DNA from: a phage
Sequence record: OZ556245.1
DNA length: 64,000 nucleotides
Reading direction: 5' to 3' (one strand)
How positions within the stretch are numbered: the stretch's first letter is position 1; every line of letters starts with the position of its first letter. Both the position numbers and the translations under genes were made by a program. The notes beneath the pieces are model-generated. The model worked only from the letters and a program-made list of their open reading frames with translations. It ran no database searches and was not told the origin of the DNA. Shown here in pieces: positions 23,089 through 34,307 of this stretch.

Positions 23089-26000
23089 ATGGCCGAGATT
23101 AAAAGAAAGTTCAGAGCAGAAGATGGTCTGGACGCAGGTGGCGATAAAATAATCAACGTAGCTTTAGCTGATCGTACCGTAGGAACTGACGGTGTTAACG
23201 TTGATTACTTAATTCAAGAAAACACAGTTCAACAATATGATCCAACTCGTGGATATTTAAAAGATTTTGTAATCATTTATAATAATCGTTTTTGGGCAGC
23301 AACGGATAATATTCCAAAACCTGCTGGAAGTTTTAATAGAATTCGTTGGAAAGCATTACGTACTGATGCTGTATATACAACCGTATCATCTGGACCGTAT
23401 CAATTAAAATCCGGAGAAGCAATTTCAGTAGATACATCAGTTGGTAATGACATTGAGTTTACTTTACCACCTTCTCCGCTCGATGGAGAAACAGTAATAA
23501 TTCAAGATATCGGTGGAAAACCTGGTATAAATCAGGTTAAAATAAGTTCTTCAAATCAGAACATTGTTAATTTTAGAGGTGAACAAGTACGTTCAGTTTT
23601 AATGACTCATCCAAAGTCACAGATGATATTCATTTTTAATAATCGTTTGTGGCAAATGTATGTTGCTGATTATAGCAGAGAAGCTGCAATTGTTACTCCA
23701 TCGACTGCATATCAAGCACAATCTAATGATTTTATCGTGCGTAGATTTACTTCCGCAGCGCCGATTAATATTAAACTTCCGAGATTTGCTAATCATGGCG
23801 ATATTATTAATTTCGTTGATTTAGATAAATTAAATCCACTTTATCATACAATTGTCACGACATATGATGAAACAACTTCAGTACAAGAAGTTGGAACTCA
23901 TTCCATTGAAGGCCGTACATCGATTGACGGTTTCTTGATGTTTGATGATAGTGAAAAATTATGGAGATTGTTTGACGGGGATAGTAAAGCACGTTTACGC
24001 ATTATAACGACTAATTCAAACATTCGTCCAAATGAAGAAGTTATGGTATTTGGTGCGAATAACGGAACAACTCAAACAATTGAGCTTCAGCTTCCAACTA
24101 ATATTTCTGTTGGTGATACTGTTAAAATTTCCATGAATTACATGAGAAAAGGACAAACAGTTAAAATCAAAGCTGCCGGTGAAGATAAAATTGCTTCTTC
24201 AGTTCAATTGCTGCAATTCCCAAAACGCTCAGAATATCCACCTGAAGCTGAATGGGTGACTGTTCAAGAATTAGTTTTTAACGGTGAAACTAATTATGTT
24301 CCAGTTTTACAGCTTGCTTATATTGAAGATTCTGACGGAAAATACTGGGTTGTACAGCAAAACGTTCCAACCGTTGAAAGAGTCGATTCTTTAAATAATT
24401 CTACTAGAGCAAGATTAGGCGTAATTGCTTTAGCTACACAAGCCCAAGCTAACGTCGATTTAGAAAATTCTCCACAAAAAGAATTAGCAATTACTCCAGA
24501 AACATTAGCTAACCGTACTGCTACAGAAACTCGTAGAGGTATCGCAAGAATAGCAACTACTGCTCAAGTAAATCAGAACACTACATTCTCTTTTGCTGAT
24601 GACCTTATCATCACTCCTAAAAAGCTGAATGAAAGAACTGCTACAGAAACTCGCAGAGGTGTTGCTGAAATTGCTACGCAGCAGGAAACTAATACAGGTA
24701 CTGATGATACTACAATCATCACTCCTAAAAAGCTTCAAGCTCGTCAAGGTTCTGAAACATTATCGGGTATTGTAACTTTTGTATCTACCGCAGGAGCTAC
24801 TCCAGCCTCTAGTCGTGAATTAAATGGTACAAATGTTTATAATAAAAATACTAATAATTTAGTTGTTTCGCCTAAAGCACTGGATCAGTATAAAGCTACT
24901 CCAACGCAACAAGGTGCAGTAATTTTAGCAGTTGAAAGTGAAGTAATTGCTGGACAAAGCCAAGAAGGATGGGCAAATGCGGTTGTAACACCAGAAACGT
25001 TACATAAAAAGACATCAACTGATGGAAGAATTGGTTTAATTGAAATTGCTACGCAAAGCGAAGTTAATACAGGAACTGATTATACTCGCGCAGTCACTCC
25101 TAAAACTTTAAATGACCGTAGAGCAACTGAAAGTTTAAGTGGTATAGCTGAAATTGCTACGCAAGTTGAATTCGACGCAGGCGTCGACGATACTCGTATC
25201 TCTACACCATTAAAAATTAAAACCAGATTTAATAGTACTGATCGTACTTCTGTTGTTGCTCTATCTGGATTAGTTGAATCAGGAACTCTCTGGGACCATT
25301 ATACCCTTAATATTCTTGAAGCAAATGAGACACAGCGTGGTACACTTCGTGTAGCTACACAAGTTGAAGCTGCTGCAGGAAAATTAGATAATGTTTTAAT
25401 AACTCCTAAAAAGCTTTTAGGTACTAAATCTACCGAATCGCAAGAAGGTGTTATTAAAGTTGCAACTCAGTCTGAAACCGTGACTGGAACGTCAGCAAAT
25501 ACTGCTGTATCTCCAAAAAATTTAAAATGGATTGTGCAGAGTGAACCTACTTGGGCAGCCACTCCAGCCATAAGAGGATTTGTTAAAACTTCATCCGGTT
25601 CAATTACATTCGTTGGTAATGATACAGCTGGTTCTACGCAGGACTTAGAGCTATACGAGAAAAATAGTTATGCAGTATCACCATATGAATTAAACCGTGT
25701 ATTAGCAAATTATTTGCCGTTAAAAGCAAAAGCTGCTGACGCAAATTTATTAGATGGTCTAGATTCATCTCAGTTCATTCGTAGGGATATTGCCCAGACA
25801 GTTAATGGTTCACTAACCTTAACCAAACAAACGAACCTGAGTGCCCCTCTTGTATCATCTAGTACTGCTACGTTTGGTGGATCAGTTTCAGCAAATAGTA
25901 CACTAACTATTTCTAATACTGGAACGGCAACTCAATTAATTTTTGAGAAAGGACCTCAAACTGGAACAAACCCGACTCAAACAATGACTGTAAAAGTGTG

Positions 26001-26958
26001 GGGAAATCAATTTAGTGGGGAGTCAGACACAACACGTTCTACTGTATTTGAAGTTAGTGATGAAACTTCTAGTCATTTTTATTCTCAGCGTAATAAAGCT
26101 GGTAATATAACATTTAATATCAACGGTACAGTAACACCGATAAATGTGAATGCTTCAGGAACATTGAATGCGAATGGCGTTGCTACATTTGGTAATTCAG
26201 TCACTGCAACTGGTGAAATTATTTCTCGAAGCGCAAATGCTTTCCGTGCTATTAATGGAAATTACGGTTTCATTATTCGTAATGACGGGTCAGTAACGAA
26301 TTTTATGCTTACTGCATCAGGCAATCAAACTGGTGGATTTAATGGATTGCGTCCATTGTTCATTAATAATCAATCTGGGCAGGTCACAATTGGTGAAAGC
26401 TTGATCATTGCTAAAGGTGCTACTATAAATTCAGGTGGTTTAACTGTTAACTCGAGAATTCGTTCTCAAGGTGTTAAAACATCTGATTTATATACCCGCG
26501 CGCCGACATCTGATACCGTAGGATTCTGGTCAATCGATATTAATGATTCAGCCACTTATAACCAGTTCCCGGGTTATTTTAAAATGGTTGAAAAAACTAA
26601 TGAAGTTACTGGACTTCCATACTTAGAACGTGGCGAAGAAGTTAAATCTCCTGGTACATTGACTCAGTTTGGTAACACACTTGATTCGCTTTACCAAGAT
26701 TGGATTACTTATCCAACAACTCCAGAAGCACGTACCACTCGCTGGACACGTACATGGCAGAAAACCAAAAACTCTTGGTCAAGTTTTGTTCAGGTATTTG
26801 ACGGAGGTAACCCTCCTCAACCTTCAGATATAGGAGCGATCCCATCTGATAACGGAATAATAGGTAATCTTACTATTCGTGATTTCTTGCGAATTGGTAA
26901 TGTTCGCATTATTCCTGACCCAGTGAATAAAACTGTTAAATTTGAGTGGATTGAATAA
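23089..26958 (+). CDS. 34: gp34 long tail fibre proximal subunit
   Basis: 1289-aa ORF; internal repeated ~40-aa motifs; late promoter upstream. Confidence 0.93.
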   Translation: MAEIKRKFRAEDGLDAGGDKIINVALADRTVGTDGVNVDYLIQENTVQQYDPTRGYLKDFVIIYNNRFWAATDNIPKPAGSFNRIRWKALRTDAVYTTVSSGPYQLKSGEAISVDTSVGNDIEFTLPPSPLDGETVIIQDIGGKPGINQVKISSSNQNIVNFRGEQVRSVLMTHPKSQMIFIFNNRLWQMYVADYSREAAIVTPSTAYQAQSNDFIVRRFTSAAPINIKLPRFANHGDIINFVDLDKLNPLYHTIVTTYDETTSVQEVGTHSIEGRTSIDGFLMFDDSEKLWRLFDGDSKARLRIITTNSNIRPNEEVMVFGANNGTTQTIELQLPTNISVGDTVKISMNYMRKGQTVKIKAAGEDKIASSVQLLQFPKRSEYPPEAEWVTVQELVFNGETNYVPVLQLAYIEDSDGKYWVVQQNVPTVERVDSLNNSTRARLGVIALATQAQANVDLENSPQKELAITPETLANRTATETRRGIARIATTAQVNQNTTFSFADDLIITPKKLNERTATETRRGVAEIATQQETNTGTDDTTIITPKKLQARQGSETLSGIVTFVSTAGATPASSRELNGTNVYNKNTNNLVVSPKALDQYKATPTQQGAVILAVESEVIAGQSQEGWANAVVTPETLHKKTSTDGRIGLIEIATQSEVNTGTDYTRAVTPKTLNDRRATESLSGIAEIATQVEFDAGVDDTRISTPLKIKTRFNSTDRTSVVALSGLVESGTLWDHYTLNILEANETQRGTLRVATQVEAAAGKLDNVLITPKKLLGTKSTESQEGVIKVATQSETVTGTSANTAVSPKNLKWIVQSEPTWAATPAIRGFVKTSSGSITFVGNDTAGSTQDLELYEKNSYAVSPYELNRVLANYLPLKAKAADANLLDGLDSSQFIRRDIAQTVNGSLTLTKQTNLSAPLVSSSTATFGGSVSANSTLTISNTGTATQLIFEKGPQTGTNPTQTMTVKVWGNQFSGESDTTRSTVFEVSDETSSHFYSQRNKAGNITFNINGTVTPINVNASGTLNANGVATFGNSVTATGEIISRSANAFRAINGNYGFIIRNDGSVTNFMLTASGNQTGGFNGLRPLFINNQSGQVTIGESLIIAKGATINSGGLTVNSRIRSQGVKTSDLYTRAPTSDTVGFWSIDINDSATYNQFPGYFKMVEKTNEVTGLPYLERGEEVKSPGTLTQFGNTLDSLYQDWITYPTTPEARTTRWTRTWQKTKNSWSSFVQVFDGGNPPQPSDIGAIPSDNGIIGNLTIRDFLRIGNVRIIPDPVNKTVKFEWIE

Positions 26959-26966
26959 GAGGTATT

Positions 26967-28082
26967 ATGGAAAAATTTATGGCAGAGTTTGGACAAGGAT
27001 ATGTCCAAACGCCATTTTTATCGGAAAGTAATTCAGTAAGATACAAAATAAGCATAGCGGGTTCTTGCCCGCTTTCTACAGCAGGACCATATGTTAAATT
27101 TCAGGATAACCCTGTCGGAAATCAAACATTTAGTGCAGGTCTTCATTTAAGAGTTTTTGACCCTTCAACAGGAGCATTAGTTGATAGTAAGTCATATGCT
27201 TTTTCTACTTCAAATAATACTACATCAGCTGCTTTTGTTAGTTTCATGAATTCTTTGTCAAACAATAGACTTGTTGCTATATTAACTAGCGGAAAGGTTA
27301 ATTTTCCTCCTGAAGTGGTATCTTGGTTAAGGGGAGCAGGAACTTCAGTTTTTCCATCAGATTCAGTATTGTCAAGATTTGACGTATCATATGCTGCTTT
27401 TTATACTTCTTCTAAAAGAGCTATTGCATTAGAGCATGTTAAACTAAGTAATAGAAAAAGCACAGATGATTATCAAACTATTTTAGATGTTGTATTTGAT
27501 AGTTTAGAAGACGTCGGAGCTACGGGATTTCCTAAAAGAACATATGAAAGTGTCGAGCAATTTATGTCAGCGGTTGGTGGAACTAATAACGAAATTGCGC
27601 GATTGCCAACTTCAGCTGCTATAAGTAAACTTTCTGACTATAATTTAATTCCTGGTGATGTTCTTTATCTTAAAGCACAGTTATATGCTGATGCTGATTT
27701 ACTTGATCTTGGAACTACAAACATATCCATTCGTTTTTATGATGCATCAAATGGTTATATTTCCTCTACCCAAGCTGAATTTACTGGGCAAGCTGGGTCT
27801 TGGGAATTAAAGGAAGATTATGTAGTTGTTCCTGAAAATGCAGTCGGATTTACTATATATGCGCAGAGAACTGCTCAAGCTGGTCAAGGCGGAATGAGGA
27901 ATTTAAGCTTTTCTGAAGTATCAAGAAATGGCGGCATTTCAAAACCTGCCGAATTTGGCGTCAACGGTATTCGCGTTAATTATGTCTGTGAATCGGCTTC
28001 ACCTCCAGATATAATGGTACTTCCTACACAAGCCTCTTCTAAAACTGGCAAAGTGTTTGGGCAAGAATTTAGAGAAGTTTAA
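26967..28082 (+). CDS. 35: gp35 long tail fibre hinge protein
   Basis: 371-aa ORF directly after gene 34. Confidence 0.88.
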   Translation: MEKFMAEFGQGYVQTPFLSESNSVRYKISIAGSCPLSTAGPYVKFQDNPVGNQTFSAGLHLRVFDPSTGALVDSKSYAFSTSNNTTSAAFVSFMNSLSNNRLVAILTSGKVNFPPEVVSWLRGAGTSVFPSDSVLSRFDVSYAAFYTSSKRAIALEHVKLSNRKSTDDYQTILDVVFDSLEDVGATGFPKRTYESVEQFMSAVGGTNNEIARLPTSAAISKLSDYNLIPGDVLYLKAQLYADADLLDLGTTNISIRFYDASNGYISSTQAEFTGQAGSWELKEDYVVVPENAVGFTIYAQRTAQAGQGGMRNLSFSEVSRNGGISKPAEFGVNGIRVNYVCESASPPDIMVLPTQASSKTGKVFGQEFREV

Positions 28083-28087
28083 ACTGA

Positions 28088-28113
28088 GGGAGCCTTTGGG
28101 TTCCCTTTTTCTT
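28088..28113 (+). terminator. rho-independent terminator after gene 35
   Basis: GGGAGCC-TTTG-GGTTCCC hairpin followed by TTTTTCTTT. Confidence 0.6.
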
Positions 28114-28121
28114 TATAAATA
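28114..28121 (+). promoter_or_regulatory. late promoter (TATAAATA) for gene 36
   Basis: Exact TATAAATA immediately after the gene 35 terminator hairpin. Confidence 0.7.
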
Positions 28122-28144
28122 ATATTAAAATAAAGGGGCATATA

Positions 28145-28795
28145 ATGGCTGATTTAAAAGTAGGTTCAACTGTGGGTGGATCTGTCATTTGGCATCAAGG
28201 AAATTTTCCATTGAATTCAGCCGGTGACGATGTACTCTACAAATCATTTAAAATATATTCAGAATATAATAAACCGCAGGCAGCTGATAACGATTTCGTT
28301 TCTAAAGCTAATGGTGGTACTTACACCGGTCCAATTACTATTAATTATGGGGTAAATAGTTATCTTCAATTAAGTAATAATGAAACCCCTATCCGAATTC
28401 GTTCTGGTGGCGGCACCGGTAATACTCTTGTAATCGGTGGCTCTTCTGGTGGTATTAGTTTTAGACCTGCAGGTAGTGAAATCACTACTGGACAAATTAC
28501 TATTACGCCAGAAGGTTTGACAACATTCACCAAAGCTGTAAAGGCTCCATCTGTAACTGTTACATCTACTCCTTCCGCAGCATCAGATGCTACTCGTAAA
28601 GATTATGTTGATGGAGCAATAAATACTGTTACAGCAAATGCAAACTCTAGAGTGTTACGATCTGGTGACACCATGACAGGAAATTTAACTGCGCCAAACC
28701 TTTTTTCACAGAATCCTGCATCTCAACCTTCACACGTTCCACGATTTGACCAAATCGTAATTAAGGATTCTGTTCAAGATTTCGGCTATTATTAA
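28145..28795 (+). CDS. 36: gp36 long tail fibre distal connector
   Basis: 216-aa ORF with its own TATAAATA late promoter. Confidence 0.88.
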   Translation: MADLKVGSTVGGSVIWHQGNFPLNSAGDDVLYKSFKIYSEYNKPQAADNDFVSKANGGTYTGPITINYGVNSYLQLSNNETPIRIRSGGGTGNTLVIGGSSGGISFRPAGSEITTGQITITPEGLTTFTKAVKAPSVTVTSTPSAASDATRKDYVDGAINTVTANANSRVLRSGDTMTGNLTAPNLFSQNPASQPSHVPRFDQIVIKDSVQDFGYY

Positions 28796-28803
28796 GAGGA
28801 CTT

Positions 28804-31788
28804 ATGGCTACTTTAAAACAAATACAATTTAAAAGAAGCAAAACCGCAGGTCAACTTCCTGCTGCTTCAGTATTAGCCGAAGGTGAATTGGCTATTAATT
28901 TAAAAGATAAAACAATTTTCACAAAAGATGACTCAGGCAATGTTATAGAATTAGGTTTAAAATATGGAGGAACAATTGATGGTTCTTTAACTGTTAATGG
29001 AAATATAATTGGAAATTTAACAGGTAACGCTGCAACTGCAACGAAATTAAAAACAGCACGAAAAATTAATGGTATATCCTTTGATGGGTCAAAAGATATC
29101 ACGCTAACTCCATCCGACATAAATGTCAATAGCACAACGTTTATAAAAAATAACGGCGAATTACCTGTTGATGCTAATTTAGATACGTATGGGCCTGTTG
29201 AAGAATATCTTGGAGTTTGGTCGAAAGCAACTTCAACCAACGCTCAACCAGCAAATAAATTTCCAGAAGACAATGCTGTAGGTGTGCTAGAAGTATTTGT
29301 GGCCGGTCAATTTGCTGGTACTCAGAGATATACAACTAGATACGGAAATGTTTATATTCGTTCCTTGACTGCTACATGGAACGGAGTAAATGGTCCGTGG
29401 AGTGTGTGGCGAAATATTCAATCCGGTACTCGTCCACTGTCAACAACAATTGATCTTAATGATCTAGGAGGCGCTGAACACCTTGGTTTGTGGCGAAATA
29501 GTTCAAATTCCATTGCTACATTTGACAGAAATTTCCCAGAAGAGGGGTCGTCAGCTCAAGGTCTTTTGGAAGTATATGAAGGTGGAAACTATTCTCGTAC
29601 ACAAAGATATACAACCAGATTTGGTGTTGTTTATACTCGTTGTCTTGCTGCCGCGTGGGATTCTACTGCGCCTAAATGGGGACCGTGGCAGCAAGTCGGT
29701 AATGTCACACCAGCGACTTTTTATGATGGAGATCTGAATGATTTTAAAACTCCTGGGTTATATAATATTTTAGGCACTGATGCCGTTATTAATTGTCCTA
29801 CAGGCGAAGGTTTACCAGCCGTTATTGTTGGTTTGCTGGAAGTTAAACAGCGTGCTTCTGGTGGTGCTATTTTCCAAAAATTTACTACTGCCGGAACAGG
29901 TGCAACTACCCGCGATCGTATTTTTGAGCGCGCATATACCGGCGGTGTGTGGGGTGAATGGAACGAAGTATACACATCTTATTCTCTACCAATTACTTTG
30001 GGTATGGGCGGTATTAAATCTAACTTAGCAGAGTTAGACTGGCAAACATTTGATTTTGTTCCTGGTAGTATGTTTAGCGTTCCTTTGAACAAAATAAAGA
30101 ACATGCCAGCTAATATGGATTGGGGTACGATTGACAGAAACTTAATTATGTTTTCTGTTGGTCCTAGCGAGCACACCAGCACAGGACGTACTGTTCAGGT
30201 TTGGCGTGGTACTGTATCCCAGACAAACTACCGTTATTTTGTCGTTCGTGTATTCGGTAATTCAGGAAATAGAACTTGCACAGTTCGTCGCGTTGTTCTT
30301 GAAGATGGTCGCCACAAATGGACAGCGCAACAAGATTTTAATGGCGCAGTTAACTTCGGTGCTCCTACCAATTTTAACTCTACTGTTAACCTTAATAACA
30401 CTACCACTTTTAAAACAGAAGTTAAATTTCGCTCATTGAATGCATTCCGTATGTATGGCGGAAAATTTGGTACAATTTTCCGTAATGATGGAGAGAGTCT
30501 TTATATTCTTTCCACCGACGAAGATGACCAAGATGGAAACTTTAATACAAATAGACCTTTCCGTTATGAATTGAGAACTGGTGATGTTACTTTAGGTGGT
30601 ACTAGTGGTGCTAACGTTTTAAAATTAAAACGTGATTCTCTCACCGCATTTTTTGGCGGTGATATTAACACGAAAGGCTTGCTGACTTTTGACGCCGGAC
30701 GTTTAGGATCACGAGATTATTTTAAATTTAACCATTGGGGTGATAGTAATAATGCGCGTGATAACATTATTCAGTTAGAAGACAGCAAAGGCGCTCATTT
30801 TTCCACTGAACGTACTTTAGCGACTGGTGCAATTAAGACTAAATTTTTTGGTGAAATTGAATCCGATGGTAAATTGGTTATTAAACGTCCGGGTGATTCT
30901 ATTGTATTATCAACAACTGCTAGTAATTCTTTGCATATTCGTGGTGACATAGACGGGACTGGTAACTGGTATATTGGTAAGGGTGGTGCTGATAATGGAT
31001 TAGCGTTATATAGTTATGCTACTAATGCTGGTGTATACATTACAAACGCAGGAGATATCACGCTAAGTCCAAAAGGCGTCGAAATGGCCCATGTCAATAA
31101 CGTTCGATTATATGTTCATGGTGAACGTTGGACTGCTAGTCAACCAGGTGATTGGAGTAGTCAGTGGCAAGTGGAAGCGCCAATATTCGTCGATCATGGT
31201 TATGTTTCACAGGATTGTTATTATCCAATTATTAAAGGAAGAAGTGTAATCACCAATCAAGGGTTTGTAACTGCCGTCGATCTTGGTATTCGTCGTGTCA
31301 ATAACAATTGGGGACAAGCAATTATTCGTGTTGGATCTGCGGAGGCATCGCCAGCGGCTGGACACCCTAACGCGGTATTTGAATTTCATTACGACGGTAC
31401 TTTCTATTCTCCTGGTAATGGTAACTTTAACGATGTGTATATTCGTTCCGATGGTCGTCTTAAGATTAATAAAAAAGAGCTAGAAAACGGAGCGATTGAA
31501 AAAGTTTGCCGACTGAAAGTTTATACTTACGATAAAGTTAAGTCTATTAAAGACCGTAGTGTTATTAAACATGAAGTTGGTATTATTGCGCAGGATCTTG
31601 AAAAGGAATTGCCGGAAGCTGTATCTAAAGTTGAAGTTGATGGATCTGATGTTCTGACAATTTCTAACTCTGCTGTGAATGCTCTTTTAATTAAGGCCAT
31701 TCAGGAAATGAGCGAAGAAATTAAAGAATTGAAAACACCTTTCTTCACTAAAATTGCTCGCAAAATTAGTAATTATTTTAAATTCTAA
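28804..31788 (+). CDS. 37: gp37 long tail fibre distal subunit with C-terminal self-cleaving chaperone-like domain
   Basis: 994-aa ORF starting [13 protein letters not shown]; C-terminal ~110 aa carries SDGRLK motif. Confidence 0.9.
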   Translation: MATLKQIQFKRSKTAGQLPAASVLAEGELAINLKDKTIFTKDDSGNVIELGLKYGGTIDGSLTVNGNIIGNLTGNAATATKLKTARKINGISFDGSKDITLTPSDINVNSTTFIKNNGELPVDANLDTYGPVEEYLGVWSKATSTNAQPANKFPEDNAVGVLEVFVAGQFAGTQRYTTRYGNVYIRSLTATWNGVNGPWSVWRNIQSGTRPLSTTIDLNDLGGAEHLGLWRNSSNSIATFDRNFPEEGSSAQGLLEVYEGGNYSRTQRYTTRFGVVYTRCLAAAWDSTAPKWGPWQQVGNVTPATFYDGDLNDFKTPGLYNILGTDAVINCPTGEGLPAVIVGLLEVKQRASGGAIFQKFTTAGTGATTRDRIFERAYTGGVWGEWNEVYTSYSLPITLGMGGIKSNLAELDWQTFDFVPGSMFSVPLNKIKNMPANMDWGTIDRNLIMFSVGPSEHTSTGRTVQVWRGTVSQTNYRYFVVRVFGNSGNRTCTVRRVVLEDGRHKWTAQQDFNGAVNFGAPTNFNSTVNLNNTTTFKTEVKFRSLNAFRMYGGKFGTIFRNDGESLYILSTDEDDQDGNFNTNRPFRYELRTGDVTLGGTSGANVLKLKRDSLTAFFGGDINTKGLLTFDAGRLGSRDYFKFNHWGDSNNARDNIIQLEDSKGAHFSTERTLATGAIKTKFFGEIESDGKLVIKRPGDSIVLSTTASNSLHIRGDIDGTGNWYIGKGGADNGLALYSYATNAGVYITNAGDITLSPKGVEMAHVNNVRLYVHGERWTASQPGDWSSQWQVEAPIFVDHGYVSQDCYYPIIKGRSVITNQGFVTAVDLGIRRVNNNWGQAIIRVGSAEASPAAGHPNAVFEFHYDGTFYSPGNGNFNDVYIRSDGRLKINKKELENGAIEKVCRLKVYTYDKVKSIKDRSVIKHEVGIIAQDLEKELPEAVSKVEVDGSDVLTISNSAVNALLIKAIQEMSEEIKELKTPFFTKIARKISNYFKF

Positions 31789-31820
31789 CAACAGGGGGCT
31801 TTGCCCCTTTGGAGAAAATT

Positions 31821-32603
31821 ATGGCAGTAGTTGGTGTTCCCGGTTGGATTGGTAGTTCATCCGTAAATGAAACAGGACAACGATGGATGAGTCAAGCGGC
31901 TGGTCAATTAAGATTGGGCATTCCTTGCTGGATGAGCCAATTTGCAGGTCGCTCAAGAGAAATTATTCACACGCTTGGAGCAGACCATAACTTCAATGGT
32001 CAATGGTTCCGAGATAGATGTTTTGAGGCAGGTAGTGCACCTATAGTGTTTAATATCACTGGAGATTTAGTATCATATTCTAAAGATGTTCCTTTATTCT
32101 TTATGTACGGAGATACACCGAATGAATATGTTCAGTTGAACATACATGGTGTAACGATGTATGGCCGTGGCGGGAATGGCGGTAGCAATAGTCCTGGCTC
32201 AGCTGGGGGTCATTGTATTCAAAATGATATTGGTGGGAGACTAAGAATTAATAATGGCGGAGCTATTGCTGGCGGCGGTGGCGGCGGTGGCGGCGGGTAT
32301 TATTCTCCTTTTTCACAAATGAGATTGACCTTTGGCGGTGGCGGCGGTCGTCCGTTTGGCGCACCGGGCGGATCTATTAATATGCAATCAGGAGCAACTG
32401 CTGGTACTATTTCTGCGCCAGGCGCAGGGTCTGTGAACGGTATCTACAACGGCGGGTCTGGTGGTGAAGTTGGCTCCGCAGGAGGTAGATGTAATATTCG
32501 TGGTCAAGGATATGAATACGATGGCGGAGCTGCTGGTTATGCCGTCATAGGGTCTACACCGACATGGCAAAACGTTGGAGCAATATATGGTCCAAGAGTA
32601 TAA
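31821..32603 (+). CDS. 38: gp38 tail fibre tip adhesin (T2-type, glycine-rich)
   Basis: ~260 aa from ATG at 31821 (GGAG 7 nt upstream); [14 protein letters not shown]-terminus; several poly-Gly motifs separating short variable segments. Confidence 0.85.
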   Translation: MAVVGVPGWIGSSSVNETGQRWMSQAAGQLRLGIPCWMSQFAGRSREIIHTLGADHNFNGQWFRDRCFEAGSAPIVFNITGDLVSYSKDVPLFFMYGDTPNEYVQLNIHGVTMYGRGGNGGSNSPGSAGGHCIQNDIGGRLRINNGGAIAGGGGGGGGGYYSPFSQMRLTFGGGGGRPFGAPGGSINMQSGATAGTISAPGAGSVNGIYNGGSGGEVGSAGGRCNIRGQGYEYDGGAAGYAVIGSTPTWQNVGAIYGPRV

Positions 32604-32635
32604 TTTTTGAATAAATACCCTTAAAAGGAGGGTCT

Positions 32636-33292
32636 ATGACAGCACCTAGAATATCATTTTCGCCCTCTGATATTCTGTTTGGTGTTCTAGATCGCTTGTT
32701 CAAAGATAATGCTACCGGGGAAGTTCTTGCTTCCAGGGTAGCTGTCGTAATTCTTTTGTTTATAATGGCGATTGTTTGGTATAGGGGAGATAGTTTCTTT
32801 GAGTACTATAAGCAATCAAAGTATGAAACATACAGTGAAATTATTGAAAAGGAAAGAAATGCACGCTTTGAATCTGTCGCCCTGGAACAACTCCAGATAG
32901 TTCATATATCATCTGAGGCAGACTTTAGTGCGGTGTATTCTTTCCGCCCTAAAAACTTAAACTATTTTGTTGATATTATAGCATACGAAGGAAAACTACC
33001 TTCAACAATAAGTGAAAAATCACTTGGAGGATATCCTGTTGATAAAACTATGGATGAATATGCAGTTCATTTAAATGGACGTCATTATTATTCAAACTCA
33101 AAATTTGCTTTTTTACCAACTAAAAAGCCTACTCCCGAAATAAATTACATGTACAGTTGTCCATATTTTAATTTGGATAATATCTATGCTGGAACAATAA
33201 CCATGTACTGGTATAGAAATGATCATATAAGTAATGACCGCCTTGAATCAATATGTGCTCAGGCGGCCAGAATATTAGGAAGGGCTAAATAA
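32636..33292 (+). CDS. t: holin T
   Basis: 218-aa ORF, single TM helix (VAVVILLFIMAIVWY) and large periplasmic domain; strong AAGGAGGG Shine-Dalgarno. Confidence 0.93.
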   Translation: MTAPRISFSPSDILFGVLDRLFKDNATGEVLASRVAVVILLFIMAIVWYRGDSFFEYYKQSKYETYSEIIEKERNARFESVALEQLQIVHISSEADFSAVYSFRPKNLNYFVDIIAYEGKLPSTISEKSLGGYPVDKTMDEYAVHLNGRHYYSNSKFAFLPTKKPTPEINYMYSCPYFNLDNIYAGTITMYWYRNDHISNDRLESICAQAARILGRAK

Positions 33293-33565
33293 TTATTTGT
33301 TTGTATACATTTCTAGATATCGATATACACCCTCAAAACCCTCGTTGAATTCGTCGATGAGGGTTTTCTTATCTTCTTGAGTTAATTCAGAAACAATTTT
33401 ACGGAATGAATTCTGATTTAACTTTCTACCTTCATGCGTTACTCCAATCTCATTCAGAAATGCAATAAAATTAGCACGATTCTCAACAATATCTTCTCTG
33501 GAAAATTTAATCAAAATAGACGCAACAGTAATAATTTCACGAACTGTATCAATATTTTTATTCAT
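33293..33565 (-). CDS. asiA: AsiA anti-sigma70 factor
   Basis: 90-aa ORF starting MNKNIDTVREIITVASILIKFSREDIVENRANFIAFLNEIG. Confidence 0.93.
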   Translation of the reverse strand: MNKNIDTVREIITVASILIKFSREDIVENRANFIAFLNEIGVTHEGRKLNQNSFRKIVSELTQEDKKTLIDEFNEGFEGVYRYLEMYTNK

Positions 33566-33726
33566 TAACTATACCACTCAATTAGTTGACTTTGTTATAA
33601 TATCATCAGACGCTTGATTTGTAAACTGGTCTGTGGTATTTTCTTCAAAAATTTTTTCTACGAATTCCTTGAACGACTTACGTTCCTGAGCTACATTATG
33701 CTCGATTACTTTTTCAAGATTATGAC

Positions 33727-34005
33727 TCATTCGAAATAATCTTCAATTTCATAATCAAGGACATAAATCATTATAGTTTTTAATACATCATCAATACTTT
33801 TTCCTGGAGCTGGAATTACGTAAAAATATCCCGCCTTTGAGTTATCTTTATAAGTTCCAATCAAGAAATCATTATTCCCAAGATGTAGTTCTTCAACTAA
33901 TTCATTAACAATTGAGTGGTATAAATTTGGTAGAAACTTGTATAGCTTTTCTAGAATATCAATTTTGATTGTGTATTGAACCACAGACTGAGAATCAATA
34001 ATCAT
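33727..34005 (-). CDS. arn: Arn anti-restriction protein (McrBC inhibitor) candidate
   Basis: 92-aa acidic ORF adjacent to asiA; length and synteny. Confidence 0.7.
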   Translation of the reverse strand: MIIDSQSVVQYTIKIDILEKLYKFLPNLYHSIVNELVEELHLGNNDFLIGTYKDNSKAGYFYVIPAPGKSIDDVLKTIMIYVLDYEIEDYFE

Positions 34006-34088
34006 AGACCTTCCCCTTATGTTTCTGTTTGCGATTAGATTCTTTAAACGCTTTCTTCTTATCCTTATGGACAGAAGCTTTATTAAAA

Positions 34089-34307
34089 TTATGTTTTGCG
34101 ACTAAATTGTTCATAGTGCTGAATTACCTCTCTTAGACATTTGCATGTGAATGAAAACTTTTTAGCTACACCACATTCAAATATATGTTCTCTTAAATCA
34201 CGCGTGTCAGTATATCCCATCTCAACAATAAAATGTCTTATTAGATTTTTATCTTTATCATTGAGAGAATTAAAATAATCGGATTTTGAATTAATTTCCC
34301 TGGCCAA
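34089..34307 (-). CDS. hypothetical protein
   Basis: 72-aa ORF. Confidence 0.45.
   Translation of the reverse strand: MAREINSKSDYFNSLNDKDKNLIRHFIVEMGYTDTRDLREHIFECGVAKKFSFTCKCLREVIQHYEQFSRKT

Noticed and set aside
24505-24747. Minus-strand 80-aa ORF inside gene 34
   Set aside because: Embedded antisense in the repeat-rich region of the 1289-codon gene 34; shadow ORF.
28851-30439. Several 60-130-aa ORFs on both strands inside gene 37
   Set aside because: All lie within the continuous 994-codon gene 37 frame; out-of-frame or antisense shadows.
32271-32349. GGC/GGT repeats considered as a CRISPR-like or VNTR element
   Set aside because: They are in-frame glycine codons within gene 38 with no spacer-repeat periodicity; reported only as slippage-prone coding repeats.
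34005-34124. 39-codon basic ORF (MNNLVAKHNFNKASVHKDKKK...) overlapping the arn start
   Set aside because: Overlaps the 34089-34307 ORF in another frame and lacks a clear Shine-Dalgarno; too uncertain to call.
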